This document shows positions 29,458 through 39,510 of a stretch of 64,000 nt of DNA, one piece after another. A program made the position numbers and the translations under genes. Source of the stretch: Actinomycetota bacterium (lineage in GTDB: Bacteria; Actinomycetota; Thermoleophilia; BMS3ABIN01); contig JACRMB010000010.1 of assembly GCA_016235065.1 (NCBI GenBank), positions 6,281 through 70,280 on the forward strand, read 5' to 3'. Each line of letters starts with the position of its first letter. Within the stretch, counting starts at the first letter, position 1. The notes under the pieces were generated by a model that searched no databases, was not told the DNA's origin, and was given only the letters and a program-made list of their open reading frames with translations.

Positions 29458-29874
29458 TCAGACTGGTTTGGCGGCAGACACGCCCGCAATAACGATGGCG
29501 AAGATGAATATGATCAGCCCGATGGCCATCATCGCCGTCACGATCGTGCCGATGATCGCCCCGATGAGCGCCAGGACCCTGCCCTCCTCGGGCGACTCAC
29601 CCTTCTTGATGTGGCTCAACTCCACAAAGCCGAGCACCATACCCGGCACCGCTGTGATGCAGAACATGAAACTGGCTATGGACAGGACCAGGGAAGCGAT
29701 GGCAAGGCCACCCGGGTCCTGTTTCCGCGGCCTGCAGGAACCCGTGGCTGCGCAGGACCGGCAGCAGAGCATGCCATCGGGCGTCTCCAGCAGGCATTCC
29801 TTGCAATAAGGCAGCTTGCAGCCCTGGCAGATACCGACCGCTTCACAGTCTTTATGGCTCGTACAGTCAGCCAT
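29458..29874 (-). CDS. DUF4190-family small membrane protein with N-terminal zinc ribbon
   Basis: CQGCKLPYCKEC...CCRSC, TM helices and the LGFVELSHIKKGESPEEGR motif. GGAAGGAG Shine-Dalgarno. Confidence 0.7.
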   Translation of the reverse strand: MADCTSHKDCEAVGICQGCKLPYCKECLLETPDGMLCCRSCAATGSCRPRKQDPGGLAIASLVLSIASFMFCITAVPGMVLGFVELSHIKKGESPEEGRVLALIGAIIGTIVTAMMAIGLIIFIFAIVIAGVSAAKPV

Positions 29875-29922
29875 GCGATCCTTCTCCTTCCGGTCGTGAT
29901 GCGGCCTTGGGCCGCACGCTCC

Positions 29923-30579
29923 CTAACCCTGTGACTGCAGCAGCGCCAGGACCTGGGCTTCCCAGGTGGCGTGATTGTCGAAGTGAAAGTTGGGATCGGT
30001 GATGATCGTATAGAGCCAATAGATGCCATAGATACCACAAGTGACAAAGGTCAGCAGGAGGAAGGTGATGAAATTCCTCTCGGGGATGACCATGGGCGTG
30101 ATGATCTGGTTCTCGGTCACCCCCACCTTGTTCATGACCTCGCTGGCCTTGAGCATGAAATCGTGCTCGTTGGCCTCGTGGGCACGGAAGTCGTCGTTGA
30201 GGAAGTAGTACACGTAGTAGACGATCGGGCTGACTACCAGGCAGAGCACCAGCCACAGGACCGGTGATTTGTCGCCGGCGCGATCGCGGTTGGTGGCATC
30301 CAGGTTCAGTCCCTCGAGCTGGGAGATATCCGCTTCTACCGAAGCAAGCCCGGCGGAAGAGGACTCCGCCTTCTCGCGCAGGACCTCGATCAGGTGGGTC
30401 CGGAACGATACCATGCGCTCGAAGTGCTGTTCGCGCCGTTCAAGCAGCTTGTAGATGACGTAGAACATGTAGATCCCGCAGGTGACGATCGACAGCAGGA
30501 ACGCTGTCCAGAATCCCGTCTGCCAGTCGGTGATGGTCCTTTGGCGTATGTCTGCTTCCAGATTGACCATGCTGTCCAC
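29923..30579 (-). CDS. DUF4234-family membrane protein (two internal repeats)
   Basis: Repeated TCGIY..Y.IYKL / TCGIYGIYWLYTI segments. GTG start at 30579 with AGGAGG 5 nt upstream. Confidence 0.7.
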   Translation of the reverse strand: MDSMVNLEADIRQRTITDWQTGFWTAFLLSIVTCGIYMFYVIYKLLERREQHFERMVSFRTHLIEVLREKAESSSAGLASVEADISQLEGLNLDATNRDRAGDKSPVLWLVLCLVVSPIVYYVYYFLNDDFRAHEANEHDFMLKASEVMNKVGVTENQIITPMVIPERNFITFLLLTFVTCGIYGIYWLYTIITDPNFHFDNHATWEAQVLALLQSQG

Positions 30580-30618
30580 TTGTGCCTCCTTGTCCCCGGC
30601 TTCCGGATAAAAAGCCTT

Positions 30619-30716
30619 TAGTTAGATCCTGCCTGCCAATAAAACCCCTCTAGTCATATCCTGCCTGTCAGCAAAATCTGCCTTCAGTCAAATCATGCAA
30701 GCAATCCCTGATCAGC
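30619..30716. repeat. Three imperfect tandem repeats of about 33 nt each, intergenic
   Basis: tagttagatcctgcctgccaataaaacccctc, then tagtcatatcctgcctgtcagcaaaatctgcct, then tcagtcaaatcatgcaagcaatccctgatcagc. Confidence 0.4.
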
Positions 30717-30718
30717 TT

Positions 30719-31162
30719 CTAGAGCAGACCGGTCTCGCGCCAGACGATCATCTTGATAATCCAGGCTCCCAGCAACAGCACGGCGCCACCGGCTACCAGG
30801 TGCCGGCGCAACGCCGGGCCGATCGAGAAATGAATACGATTGCGGGTGGCGACAGATACCGTTAAAACCATTGCAAGCCCCGCCGCGAGAATGAACAGCA
30901 CCGGCCCCAGAGGGTGATAGCTCAGAGACTGGCCAAGGTCAAAGCCACCCATGGCCAGGAACGAGCGTGTCATGCCACAAAACAGGCAGGGGATACCTGT
31001 CAGAGCGAAAAAGGGACAGGTGTAAAGCAGCGGCACGCTGGCCCCCGAAGCACGCAGCTCGAAATCCGGGCTTACCAGCGCCGAGATGGACAGGACCAGG
31101 AAGATCAGCGCCAGTAAGGGCAGCTCCACGACGGCAAGCTCCTGCCAGTTGACCTTCTGCAT
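30719..31162 (-). CDS. DUF2752-family membrane protein
   Basis: GIPCLFCGMTRSF motif and 4 TM helices. ATG 31162 chosen; the track's ORF extends to 31321. Confidence 0.7.
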   Translation of the reverse strand: MQKVNWQELAVVELPLLALIFLVLSISALVSPDFELRASGASVPLLYTCPFFALTGIPCLFCGMTRSFLAMGGFDLGQSLSYHPLGPVLFILAAGLAMVLTVSVATRNRIHFSIGPALRRHLVAGGAVLLLGAWIIKMIVWRETGLL

Positions 31163-31497
31163 GGATATGCCAAAGTCCCGGCCCTGATCCTGTGAGTCTT
31201 CTGCCGGGTGGTCCGCCAGCGTCAGCCGGGCAGCCTGATGTGCAGGCGCATGAAGCCTCGGCTTCGGGCGATATCTGCAATCTGAATCTATTTTTCCGAG
31301 ATTATCCGGTCCGCATGCCAAGTTGCCACCTAACCGATCTTCAAGTCTTTTGCCTCTGAATTCACAGGAAGCCTTGCATTGTCTGCTGCAGATGCATTGA
31401 AAACCGCGCAGTCAGCGTAAAACTGCGTGCTAAAGAATTAGCCGTTACGGGCTTTTATCCTGCCGGAGGGATTTTAAACTCGTGGGGGCATTTCAGG

Positions 31498-31536
31498 AGA
31501 TGACAAAGGGGCGCGGGCTTAAAGCCCGCGCCCCTG
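31498..31536 (-). terminator. Terminator hairpin downstream of hup
   Basis: ggggcgcgggc-ttaaa-gcccgcgcccc, an 11-bp stem. The U-tract is weak. Confidence 0.45.
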
Positions 31537-31617
31537 CGCGTTCAAACGATAAGCGGTCTGCTATCTCAGCGACATTGCTGACTCATAGCAGCCCTGCATG
31601 CTACAGTTCCGCCCAGC

Positions 31618-31896
31618 TTACTTTACAGCGGCCTTGAGGGCGCTGCCGGCGCTGAACTTCGGCACCTTGCTGGCCTTGATCTGGATCTTCTCTTTAGTCT
31701 GCGGGTTGATACCCTCGCGGGCAGCACGATTCTGGACGCTGAACTTGCCGAATCCGGTGAACTGTACCTCTTCGCCCTTCTTCAGCGACTCGGTGACGAC
31801 GTCGATGAAAGCGTCTACGGCGGCGGCTGCCTGCGTCTTGTTAAGATCAGACTTCGTTGCGACTGCACTTACAAATTCAGATTTTCCCACTTCCAT
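31618..31896 (-). CDS. hup: DNA-binding protein HU
   Basis: 92 aa with typical HU sequence (GFGKFSVQNRAAREGINPQT). AGGAGGT Shine-Dalgarno. Confidence 0.9.
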   Translation of the reverse strand: MEVGKSEFVSAVATKSDLNKTQAAAAVDAFIDVVTESLKKGEEVQFTGFGKFSVQNRAAREGINPQTKEKIQIKASKVPKFSAGSALKAAVK

Positions 31897-31984
31897 ACCT
31901 CCTGGTTTTTAAGGGTTTCAGAAGCTGGCGGTTATGGACACTATCAGATGGAAATCCCCTTTACAAGGCAAAAAACGAGGTTTT

Positions 31985-33328
31985 TCATTTTCCGCTGACA
32001 GTCATCTCGCCGATAAGCAGCGAAGGTGCATGGATGCTGCCACCGAATGGAACCCACCGGTTGTCGTTACCGATGACGGTGATGTTCTTCAAAATCGCCA
32101 TCAGGTTTCCGGCGATTGTTACCTCCCGCACGGGTTCTGCCAACTGTCCTCCGCGTATCAACCGGCCGGAAGCTCCCACCGAGAAATCTCCCGACACGGG
32201 GTTGGTCCCCGAGTGGATGCCGCTCACTTCCATGACATAGAAACCGCTATCCACGCCGGCGATGATCTGGTCGAGTGACGCAGTGCCTCCGGCGAGCCTG
32301 AGGTTGGTGGCTCCCACATGGGGCTGCGACCGGTACGAGCCGCGGATGCCGTTTCCGGTGGAGGGCTTGCCGTCTTTCTTGCCGGTGTATGTGTCATACA
32401 ATAATCCCTGCAAAATGCCGTCTTTTATCAGTTCGGTCACCCCCATGGGCACACCTTCGCCATCGAACGGGGCGCTGGCCATGCCGTCGGGATGGATGCC
32501 GTCGTCGGTGATGCTGAAGATCCCAGCCGCTACTTTCTGCCCCTCAAGGCCGGCGAACATGGAACGCTGTTTCTGCACCGCCTCACCTGTGAGCGCCGAA
32601 CCGATGACTCCGATCAGGCTGGCGGACACGAAGGGATCCATGACAACCGGGCAGGTCATGCTCTCACACTGGGATCCGCCGAGTAGCGCCACCGCCCGGT
32701 CCGCGGCTTCGCGGCCGCAGGCCGCGGGTTCCAGTTGTCCTGGTTCCCTTCCCGTGGTAAAGGACATGCCGGTCTGCATCTGCCCGTCCTGCAAGGCTAT
32801 CGCCTGCAGGAATGCATAACAGGTATTTTCTTCATACTGGCGGGAAAATCCCTTGGAATTTGCCATTGCGACCAATCCCTCGCCCTCGGCATAGGTAGCA
32901 GAATCCACCTGGGAGATGCGGGAATCGCGCTCCAGAGCCGTCCGCTCGATCTCACGGGTGAGCTCGATCTTCTCGGCCAGCGGCACCTGCTGCAGCTTCT
33001 CGGAATACAGATCCAGCTCGGGGAACCCGGCAGCCGGCTCGGGAAGGCCCATGAACTGGTCCCCTGCTGTCACTTCAGCGTTATCCGCAGCCTCGCGCGC
33101 CGCCGCGGCCAGAGCATCGCCGGAAAGGTCACTGGTATAGGAGAAGCCCACCGAGTCACCGCGAAAGACGCGGATGCCGACGCCACTACCGGTGGAACTC
33201 GCCAGCTCCTCGACTTCCTGCTGATAGACCCTGATCCTGGTGGACCGGGTCCTCATGGCTAAGGCTTCCGCCTGCTCGACCCCGGTCGCCACTGCCAACT
33301 CCAGGGCTTTTCGCGCGATATCAAGCAT
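31985..33328 (-). CDS. pmbA: TldD/PmbA family metalloprotease (PmbA-like)
   Basis: About 447 aa in the TldD/PmbA family. ATG 33328 (AAGGAA upstream) chosen over 33358. Confidence 0.85.
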   Translation of the reverse strand: MLDIARKALELAVATGVEQAEALAMRTRSTRIRVYQQEVEELASSTGSGVGIRVFRGDSVGFSYTSDLSGDALAAAAREAADNAEVTAGDQFMGLPEPAAGFPELDLYSEKLQQVPLAEKIELTREIERTALERDSRISQVDSATYAEGEGLVAMANSKGFSRQYEENTCYAFLQAIALQDGQMQTGMSFTTGREPGQLEPAACGREAADRAVALLGGSQCESMTCPVVMDPFVSASLIGVIGSALTGEAVQKQRSMFAGLEGQKVAAGIFSITDDGIHPDGMASAPFDGEGVPMGVTELIKDGILQGLLYDTYTGKKDGKPSTGNGIRGSYRSQPHVGATNLRLAGGTASLDQIIAGVDSGFYVMEVSGIHSGTNPVSGDFSVGASGRLIRGGQLAEPVREVTIAGNLMAILKNITVIGNDNRWVPFGGSIHAPSLLIGEMTVSGK

Positions 33329-33382
33329 TGATGATTCCTTTATCGTTATATGAACCATGGCCGGAAAGCCAAAAGACGCTCA

Positions 33383-34768
33383 TCAGATCTCCGTCCCGCC
33401 GACGGTCATGTCCAGTATCCTCAGGGTCGGCTGGCCGCTGCCCGCCGGCACACCCTGTCCGTCCTTACCGCAGACACCGATGTGCATCTCGAAATCATCA
33501 GCGACCATGTCGATGTTGTTGAGCGCGTTGAGCCCGTTGCCGATCAGGGTCGCACCGCGAAGGGGCGTGGTCACCCGGCCGCCCTCGATCGTGTAACCTT
33601 CCGAGACTCCAAAGACGAAATCGCCGGATGCCGGCTCCACCTGGCCTCCCGCAAGCGTTTTGGCGTAAAAACCCTTCTCCGTGGCCGCGATGATCTCTTC
33701 CGGCTTGCTCGTGCCTGCATGGATGAAGGTATTGGTCATGCGCGGGATCGGCGGATGGCGGAATGACTGGCGCCTGCCGTTGCCTGTGGAAACAGCCCCC
33801 AGATTCCTGGCCCTGAGCCCGTCATACATGAAACCGGCGAGCCTGCCTTCCTCGATCAGGACGGTACGCTGCGTCGGCGTGCCCTCGTCATCGAAGGTGC
33901 TGGAGCCCCACTCACCGGGGATGCTGCCGTCGTCCACCAGGGTGACCAGCCCGGAAGCGACCTGCTCGCCGATGCGGCCGGCGAAGACACTTGTGCCCTT
34001 CTCGATGGAATCCGCCTCAAGTCCGTGGCCGCAGGCTTCATGGAAAAGCACACCGCCGAAGCCGCGATGCAGTACGACAGTCATCTTGCCGCTTGGCGAA
34101 GGCTGTGAATCCAGCATTATCAATGCTTTCTGTGCGGCGACCAGACCGACGTCAGCAGGATCGCGGACCTCGAAGAGTTCCATCCCCCGATGAGCCCCCA
34201 TGCTGTCGGCTCCAGTCTGCATCATGCCGTCGCGAGCCCCGACGGCACGCACCGAAAAACGGACGCGGGTCCTCGAATCAGCAGCCAGCACTCCTTCGGA
34301 GTTAGCGATCATGATCTCGCTGACCTCATCCTGGTAACCGACGGAAGCCTGGACGATCTCACCGCCGGCGCCTCTTGCGGCTGCGTCCGCAGCCTGCAAC
34401 ATGGCTGCTTTTTCCCTGGCGGCGACGCTCGCTGGAGTCACCTCGATCACATGCGGTGAGGTCAGGGTGATGAGTTCGAGCTGCTTCATGCCGGCGCTGT
34501 CCCCGGCAAGGCCCTGGCCGGCCAGCCTTGCGGCCTCCACCAGGTCTCGCTCTTCCATGCTGTCCACGGAGACGAACGAGACGGCGCGGCCCCGGGTAAC
34601 CCGGATTGAGACCCCGGCATCAAGCCCGGTGGAACTGCGCTCCAGCCGGCTGTCTTCCAGGCTCATGGAGACCGTGTGGCGCCGCTCGGCGTAGAGCTCG
34701 GCGAAATCGCCGCCCTCCTTCAGGGCTTCCCCCAGCACCTTACTGACTAGATTCTCGCTTAACAGCAA
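33383..34768 (-). CDS. tldD: TldD family metalloprotease
   Basis: 461 aa with HEACGHGLEAD HExxxH and a GxC motif. TTG start with AAAGGA upstream. Confidence 0.85.
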   Translation of the reverse strand: MLLSENLVSKVLGEALKEGGDFAELYAERRHTVSMSLEDSRLERSSTGLDAGVSIRVTRGRAVSFVSVDSMEERDLVEAARLAGQGLAGDSAGMKQLELITLTSPHVIEVTPASVAAREKAAMLQAADAAARGAGGEIVQASVGYQDEVSEIMIANSEGVLAADSRTRVRFSVRAVGARDGMMQTGADSMGAHRGMELFEVRDPADVGLVAAQKALIMLDSQPSPSGKMTVVLHRGFGGVLFHEACGHGLEADSIEKGTSVFAGRIGEQVASGLVTLVDDGSIPGEWGSSTFDDEGTPTQRTVLIEEGRLAGFMYDGLRARNLGAVSTGNGRRQSFRHPPIPRMTNTFIHAGTSKPEEIIAATEKGFYAKTLAGGQVEPASGDFVFGVSEGYTIEGGRVTTPLRGATLIGNGLNALNNIDMVADDFEMHIGVCGKDGQGVPAGSGQPTLRILDMTVGGTEI

Positions 34769-35011
34769 TTAGATCCTTTCGAGGTCAGACGGCCGCCCTT
34801 TCCGCGGCGCCGCGCTTACCTGTTTTCACCGGTAGCGGCTATCTTATAACAACTCCACCCGGGAAAGAGAGAGATCAGCGGGCGGAAAAGTCTGGTTCCT
34901 AATGCCTCCGGCCTCAGGTCCGATACAGTCTAAAGAGCTGCATAGTCGGGCATAATCCCTGCGTGCAAGCATATTTATTCGCTGTTGAACATTGACGAAC
35001 CTGGGGCGGTA

Positions 35012-36031
35012 ATGAAAGAAAACCAATGGGGGGACAACCTCGCGCGGGACCTTGTCCATGATTCCGGCACCTCTTCCCGGAACCGGCTGCGCTCTTTCGC
35101 GGAACTGACCGGCTCTTTCTCGCTGCTTCATAAGAACATAGGCAGGGTGATCGTCGGCAAGGACGACGTAATCACACTGGTGCTGGCCGCCCTGATCAGC
35201 CGGGGTCATGTGCTGCTCGAAGACATCCCCGGGGTCGGCAAGACCACTCTTGCCAAGAGCATCGCCCGCTCGATCGCGGCAAGCTACGCGCGCATCCAGT
35301 TCACCCCCGACCTGCTGCCCTCGGATATAACCGGCAGCACCATCTACTCGCCGAAAGACGAACGGTTCTACTGGTCGCCTGGTCCGTTATTCGCCAACAT
35401 CGTGCTGGCTGACGAGATCAACCGAACCAGCCCCAGGACCCAGGCGGCGCTGCTCGAAGCCATGGAGGAACAGCAGGTCACAGCGGACAGGACCACCTAT
35501 CCTTTGCCGAATCCCTTTTTTGTCATCGCGACCCAGAATCCGTATGAACTGCACGGCACCTTCCCGCTTCCGGAAGGTCAGACCGACCGTTTCCTGGTAT
35601 CTCTCTCACTTGGCCTGCCAGACCGGCAGAGTGAGAACAGGCTGGTGCGCGATCAGCTGGTGAAACATCCTCTGGAGAAGCTCGAACCGGTTGTGGACGC
35701 CTCACAGATACTGGAGCTCCAGGAGGCTGTCCGTGAGATCAACGTCGCCGAGAGCGTGCTCGGATACGTCCTCGATATCGTCGAGGCCACACGCAATCAT
35801 GCTGACATCGCCATGGGCGCTTCACCACGGGCCAGTGTGGCGCTGGTGCACATCTGCCAGGGACTGGCGTTCGCGCAGGGCCGCTCTTATGTCATCCCCG
35901 ACGACGTCCAGCAGGCGGCCGGACCGGCGCTGGCGCACCGCATAGTCCTCAAGCGCAGGTCTTCGCTCAAGGGCGAAGACGCCGCCGGCATCATCGCCGG
36001 GATCGTCGCCTCGCGCAGGGTCCCGGTCTAG
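35012..36031 (+). CDS. MoxR-family AAA+ ATPase
   Basis: Walker A GVGKTT; MoxR-typical length and context. ATG 35012 chosen over the TTG at 34985. Confidence 0.85.
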   Translation: MKENQWGDNLARDLVHDSGTSSRNRLRSFAELTGSFSLLHKNIGRVIVGKDDVITLVLAALISRGHVLLEDIPGVGKTTLAKSIARSIAASYARIQFTPDLLPSDITGSTIYSPKDERFYWSPGPLFANIVLADEINRTSPRTQAALLEAMEEQQVTADRTTYPLPNPFFVIATQNPYELHGTFPLPEGQTDRFLVSLSLGLPDRQSENRLVRDQLVKHPLEKLEPVVDASQILELQEAVREINVAESVLGYVLDIVEATRNHADIAMGASPRASVALVHICQGLAFAQGRSYVIPDDVQQAAGPALAHRIVLKRRSSLKGEDAAGIIAGIVASRRVPV

Positions 36032-36052
36032 AACACCGTCGGCCTCGCCGCC

Positions 36053-37255
36053 ATGCCGACACGAAAGACAATCTACTGGCTGATCGCCGCATCATCTCTT
36101 TACCTGATCGCCTGGAACGTGGGTTCGGGCTGGCTCTATGTGCTGACTACCCTGCTGCTGGCCTTCCCGCTGGTATCGATCCCCCTCAGCCGCGTGAACA
36201 CCCGGAAGATCTCGGTCGGCATCAAGGCACCACCGTCGATCACCAACGGAGAGACGCTGCCGGTCATGATGGAGATCAGGAACCTGTCATGGCTGCCCCG
36301 CTTCTTCCTGGATCTCGACTGTGCCTTTGGCGGTTCACACAGGCGGCTGTTCGTCTCGACCCTTGGACCCCGCGAATCGCGTGAGGTAAGGCTCGTTTTC
36401 GAGGGCGCCCGGCGCGGCTCTTATGCCGGAGCCCACATCCATCTCACCAGCGCCGCGCCGGCGGGGCTCGCCCGCAGCCGCCGCAACCTGGACGTCGCCG
36501 GGCCGCTTGTCGTCTACCCCCTATGGTACCGGCTTGCCACCGACTGGGATTCCGGCCAGAAGAACGCTGGCTACATGGTCTCCAGCGCCGTTCCCACCCG
36601 CCATACCGCCAGTGATTACCTCGGCGTCCGCGAATACCGTGCGGGCGACAGTCCCAGATCGATCCACTGGCGTTCCTCGGCGCGTACGGGAAAACTGACC
36701 TCGATCGAGTATTCCCGGCAGGCAGCCATCACCCCGGTGTTTCTGCTCGACACGTTCAGCGAGGCTGACCGGGGCGAGGGCGAAGCGTCGACTTTCGAGA
36801 CCGCGGTCTCCATCGCAGCCTCTCTTGTACAACGCGAGTCGGCCCACAACCGCCGCTTCGGACTGGGCAGCGGACCTGGCGACGCTGGCGTGAGGGAACT
36901 TGGCATGCCGGTAGAAGAAGCCATGTTCTGGCTGGCTCAGGTCGAGTCGCCTGCAGCGCAGCCAATGGATCTGGAGTCTTACAGCCTTCCCTGGCCGGAA
37001 GCCACTCCCGTACTCCTGCTGACCAGCCACAAAGCGTATGCCCGGCTCGACAGGTCGGCTTTCCTTCAGGATTTTCCCCACTCCATCATCATCATGATCG
37101 ATGGCCGGAGTTTTGAAAAAAGCGGACGGCACAGCTCGCCGCTCATGGATGCCGCTTCCCTGGATGGTCTTGCCGACAGGCTCGAATCCCTGGGGACAGA
37201 ATTCCTCCTGATCGCTTCACGAGAAGAGGTGCCGGCTTGCCTGGCAAACTTGTAA
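36053..37255 (+). CDS. DUF58-family (vWA-like) protein
   Basis: DYLGVREYRAGDSPRSIHWRSSAR DUF58 signature and N-terminal TM helices. Canonical partner of MoxR. Confidence 0.8.
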   Translation: MPTRKTIYWLIAASSLYLIAWNVGSGWLYVLTTLLLAFPLVSIPLSRVNTRKISVGIKAPPSITNGETLPVMMEIRNLSWLPRFFLDLDCAFGGSHRRLFVSTLGPRESREVRLVFEGARRGSYAGAHIHLTSAAPAGLARSRRNLDVAGPLVVYPLWYRLATDWDSGQKNAGYMVSSAVPTRHTASDYLGVREYRAGDSPRSIHWRSSARTGKLTSIEYSRQAAITPVFLLDTFSEADRGEGEASTFETAVSIAASLVQRESAHNRRFGLGSGPGDAGVRELGMPVEEAMFWLAQVESPAAQPMDLESYSLPWPEATPVLLLTSHKAYARLDRSAFLQDFPHSIIIMIDGRSFEKSGRHSSPLMDAASLDGLADRLESLGTEFLLIASREEVPACLANL

Positions 37256-39459
37256 AGGCTTACAGCAGGATCAATGCCAGGCATGTTCCGGAAGACAGCC
37301 TGGGCCTGCGGGTGAGCGTCCTCGCCGCAGTCATCATCGCCGAGGTGACCATCTTCTCGATGGGCTACTACAGCGCCGCCGAGAGCGTGGGTGTGCCGCT
37401 TCTCACCATCGCCGGTTTCGCCTGGAGCTGGAAGTTCCGGCGACGCCGCAACCTGCTCATGAAGTTCATCCTGTCGGTGCTGGTCATAGCTGTGGCCGTC
37501 CTCTTCGCCAGGGAGCTGACGACGAGCTTCTACGACACGCGCCTGCCGCTGATCAAGCTGCTGCTCTGGCTGCAGGTGCTCCATTCCTTCGACCTTCCCG
37601 CCCGGCGGGATCTCAAGTTCTCCCTGGCCAGCGGCCTGACCATGATCGCAGCCGGAGCAGTCCTATCCACTGGCATGGCTTATATCGTGGGGCTCGCGCT
37701 CTTCAGCGTCGCCGCGGTCGTGGCGCTCCTCTACTTCCAGATCGCCGAGACCTCCCAGAAAGCCGACCGGGTCCTGAGCGCGGGGCCGGCGCGGATCGTC
37801 GCCTACGGAGCGATCGCCTGGCTGGCGGGGGTAGCTGTGGCGGTGCCCCTGCTGCTCGCCATGCCCCAGAGCACTGAAGCCAAGCTGCACTCCCTGCCGA
37901 TCTCCAGCCTGCAGCAGATCTTTGGCGACTTCTCGCCGAAGGTGAGCAATCCCTATTATTCCAGCGATGGCAATCCGTTCGACCAGCCGCCCCGGTTCGA
38001 CCCGGATTCCTACTACGGCTTCAATCCCTATATGGACCTTCGGTCCCGCGGCAACCTCAGCGACGACGTCGTGCTCAAGGTGCGCTCCGACAGCTACGAT
38101 TTCTACCGGGGGGTCGTCTTCGACCATTACAACGGCAAGGGCTGGGAGATCAGTTCCGAGGAGTCCAGGGACGTCACCACAGACGAGCCTCCCCTCAACC
38201 TGGACATCCCCGGCGTCCCCGTAACTCGGGTCCGCACCAAGATACAGAGCTTTTTCGTCGAGAGGGAACTGCCTAACATCATCTTCGCCACCTGGAAGCC
38301 GGAGCAGCTCTTCTTCCCGGCCGACAGGATCAAGGTAGACGTTTACGGCAGCCTGCGCAGCCCCTACGAGCTTACCGAGGGTACTGTCTACTCGGTCATA
38401 ACCGAACAGCCGGTCTACACCGGCAGCACCCTGCGCAACTACCCGCGCGTCAGCGATACACAGGTGTCCTCAGAGTACACAGCGCTCCCGGCCAGCGACG
38501 AGATGCTCGACGTGGCCCGGATCTCCCAGGAGATCACCAGGGACTATTCCAGCCGCTACGACAAGGTGCTGGCGATCGAGAGGTATCTGAAGCAGAACTA
38601 CGCCTACGACCTGGAAGTGCCGCCGCAGTCCTCGGAAGGCGATGCGGTCACCTATTTCCTCTTCCAGGAAAAAAGGGGTTACTGCGAGCATTTTGCCTCA
38701 GCCATGGCAGTGATGGCGCGGAGCGCCGGGATCCCGGCCCGCGTGGTCACGGGCTATACGGGCGGCAGCTACAATCCGTTCACGGCTCTCTGGGAGGTCA
38801 GGCAGAGCGACGCCCATGCCTGGGTCGAGGTCAACTTCGGCTCCGCCGGCTGGGTGCCTTTCGACCCGACTCCCGGTTTCGACGTCCCGGAAGCCCAGGA
38901 TGAGGCCGGAAGCCCCTGGCTGGCGGGCAAGGTCTTCTCCTATCTGGAGGGTGTATTGGGAAGCGGTCCCCTGGGCGGCGCCATCGCCTCCGCCGGGGGA
39001 GCCCTGAAAAGCATGCTCACTTTCGCGCTCGGAATCCCGCTTACGCTTCTGGCGCTACTGGCGCTGGCCACGGCTGCCATGACCTGGGGTGGCAGGAATA
39101 CCCTTGGGCGGTTATGGGTCGAGCGACGCCGGCGTCAGAAAGTCAGGGGAAGCCTGGGGGCAGACTATTCCCGGGAAGAATTACTGAAGGATTACCTGGC
39201 GCTGGCGCTGAGGCTGCAGAAACGGGGGCTGGTGCGTCGTCCCGAGGAGACCTTGAGGGAGTTTGCCCGGCGCGTGTCAGGCTCGTTGGACGCGTGCGAG
39301 TTCGTCGAGCTGTCGGTATTCGTGGAAAGACTGCGCTACGACGGCACTCCCCTGCCGGAGCCGTCACGCCTGAGAGCGCGCGAACTCGCCAAAGGTTTAA
39401 GGGGGAAGCTCGACTCAGGGGAATTACGCCCCGGGAAACCGGCTACAGGGCTTTCCTGA
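37237..39459 (+). CDS. Transglutaminase-like membrane protein (TgpA-like)
   Basis: N-terminal multi-TM region; transglutaminase core YCEHFASAMAVMARSAGIPARVVTGY...DAHAWVEV. TTG start overlapping DUF58 by 19 nt. Confidence 0.8.
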   Translation: MPGKLVKAYSRINARHVPEDSLGLRVSVLAAVIIAEVTIFSMGYYSAAESVGVPLLTIAGFAWSWKFRRRRNLLMKFILSVLVIAVAVLFARELTTSFYDTRLPLIKLLLWLQVLHSFDLPARRDLKFSLASGLTMIAAGAVLSTGMAYIVGLALFSVAAVVALLYFQIAETSQKADRVLSAGPARIVAYGAIAWLAGVAVAVPLLLAMPQSTEAKLHSLPISSLQQIFGDFSPKVSNPYYSSDGNPFDQPPRFDPDSYYGFNPYMDLRSRGNLSDDVVLKVRSDSYDFYRGVVFDHYNGKGWEISSEESRDVTTDEPPLNLDIPGVPVTRVRTKIQSFFVERELPNIIFATWKPEQLFFPADRIKVDVYGSLRSPYELTEGTVYSVITEQPVYTGSTLRNYPRVSDTQVSSEYTALPASDEMLDVARISQEITRDYSSRYDKVLAIERYLKQNYAYDLEVPPQSSEGDAVTYFLFQEKRGYCEHFASAMAVMARSAGIPARVVTGYTGGSYNPFTALWEVRQSDAHAWVEVNFGSAGWVPFDPTPGFDVPEAQDEAGSPWLAGKVFSYLEGVLGSGPLGGAIASAGGALKSMLTFALGIPLTLLALLALATAAMTWGGRNTLGRLWVERRRRQKVRGSLGADYSREELLKDYLALALRLQKRGLVRRPEETLREFARRVSGSLDACEFVELSVFVERLRYDGTPLPEPSRLRARELAKGLRGKLDSGELRPGKPATGLS

Positions 39460-39510
39460 CCGGTTCTGCAGGACTTTTATCTCCAGGCTGCAGAACTTTT
39501 CTGATCGGCT

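Noticed and set aside
31163-31321. 53-codon N-terminal extension of the DUF2752 ORF
   Set aside because: The extension is hydrophilic, Arg/Pro-rich and lacks a ribosome-binding site. The internal ATG at 31162 gives a typical DUF2752 length.
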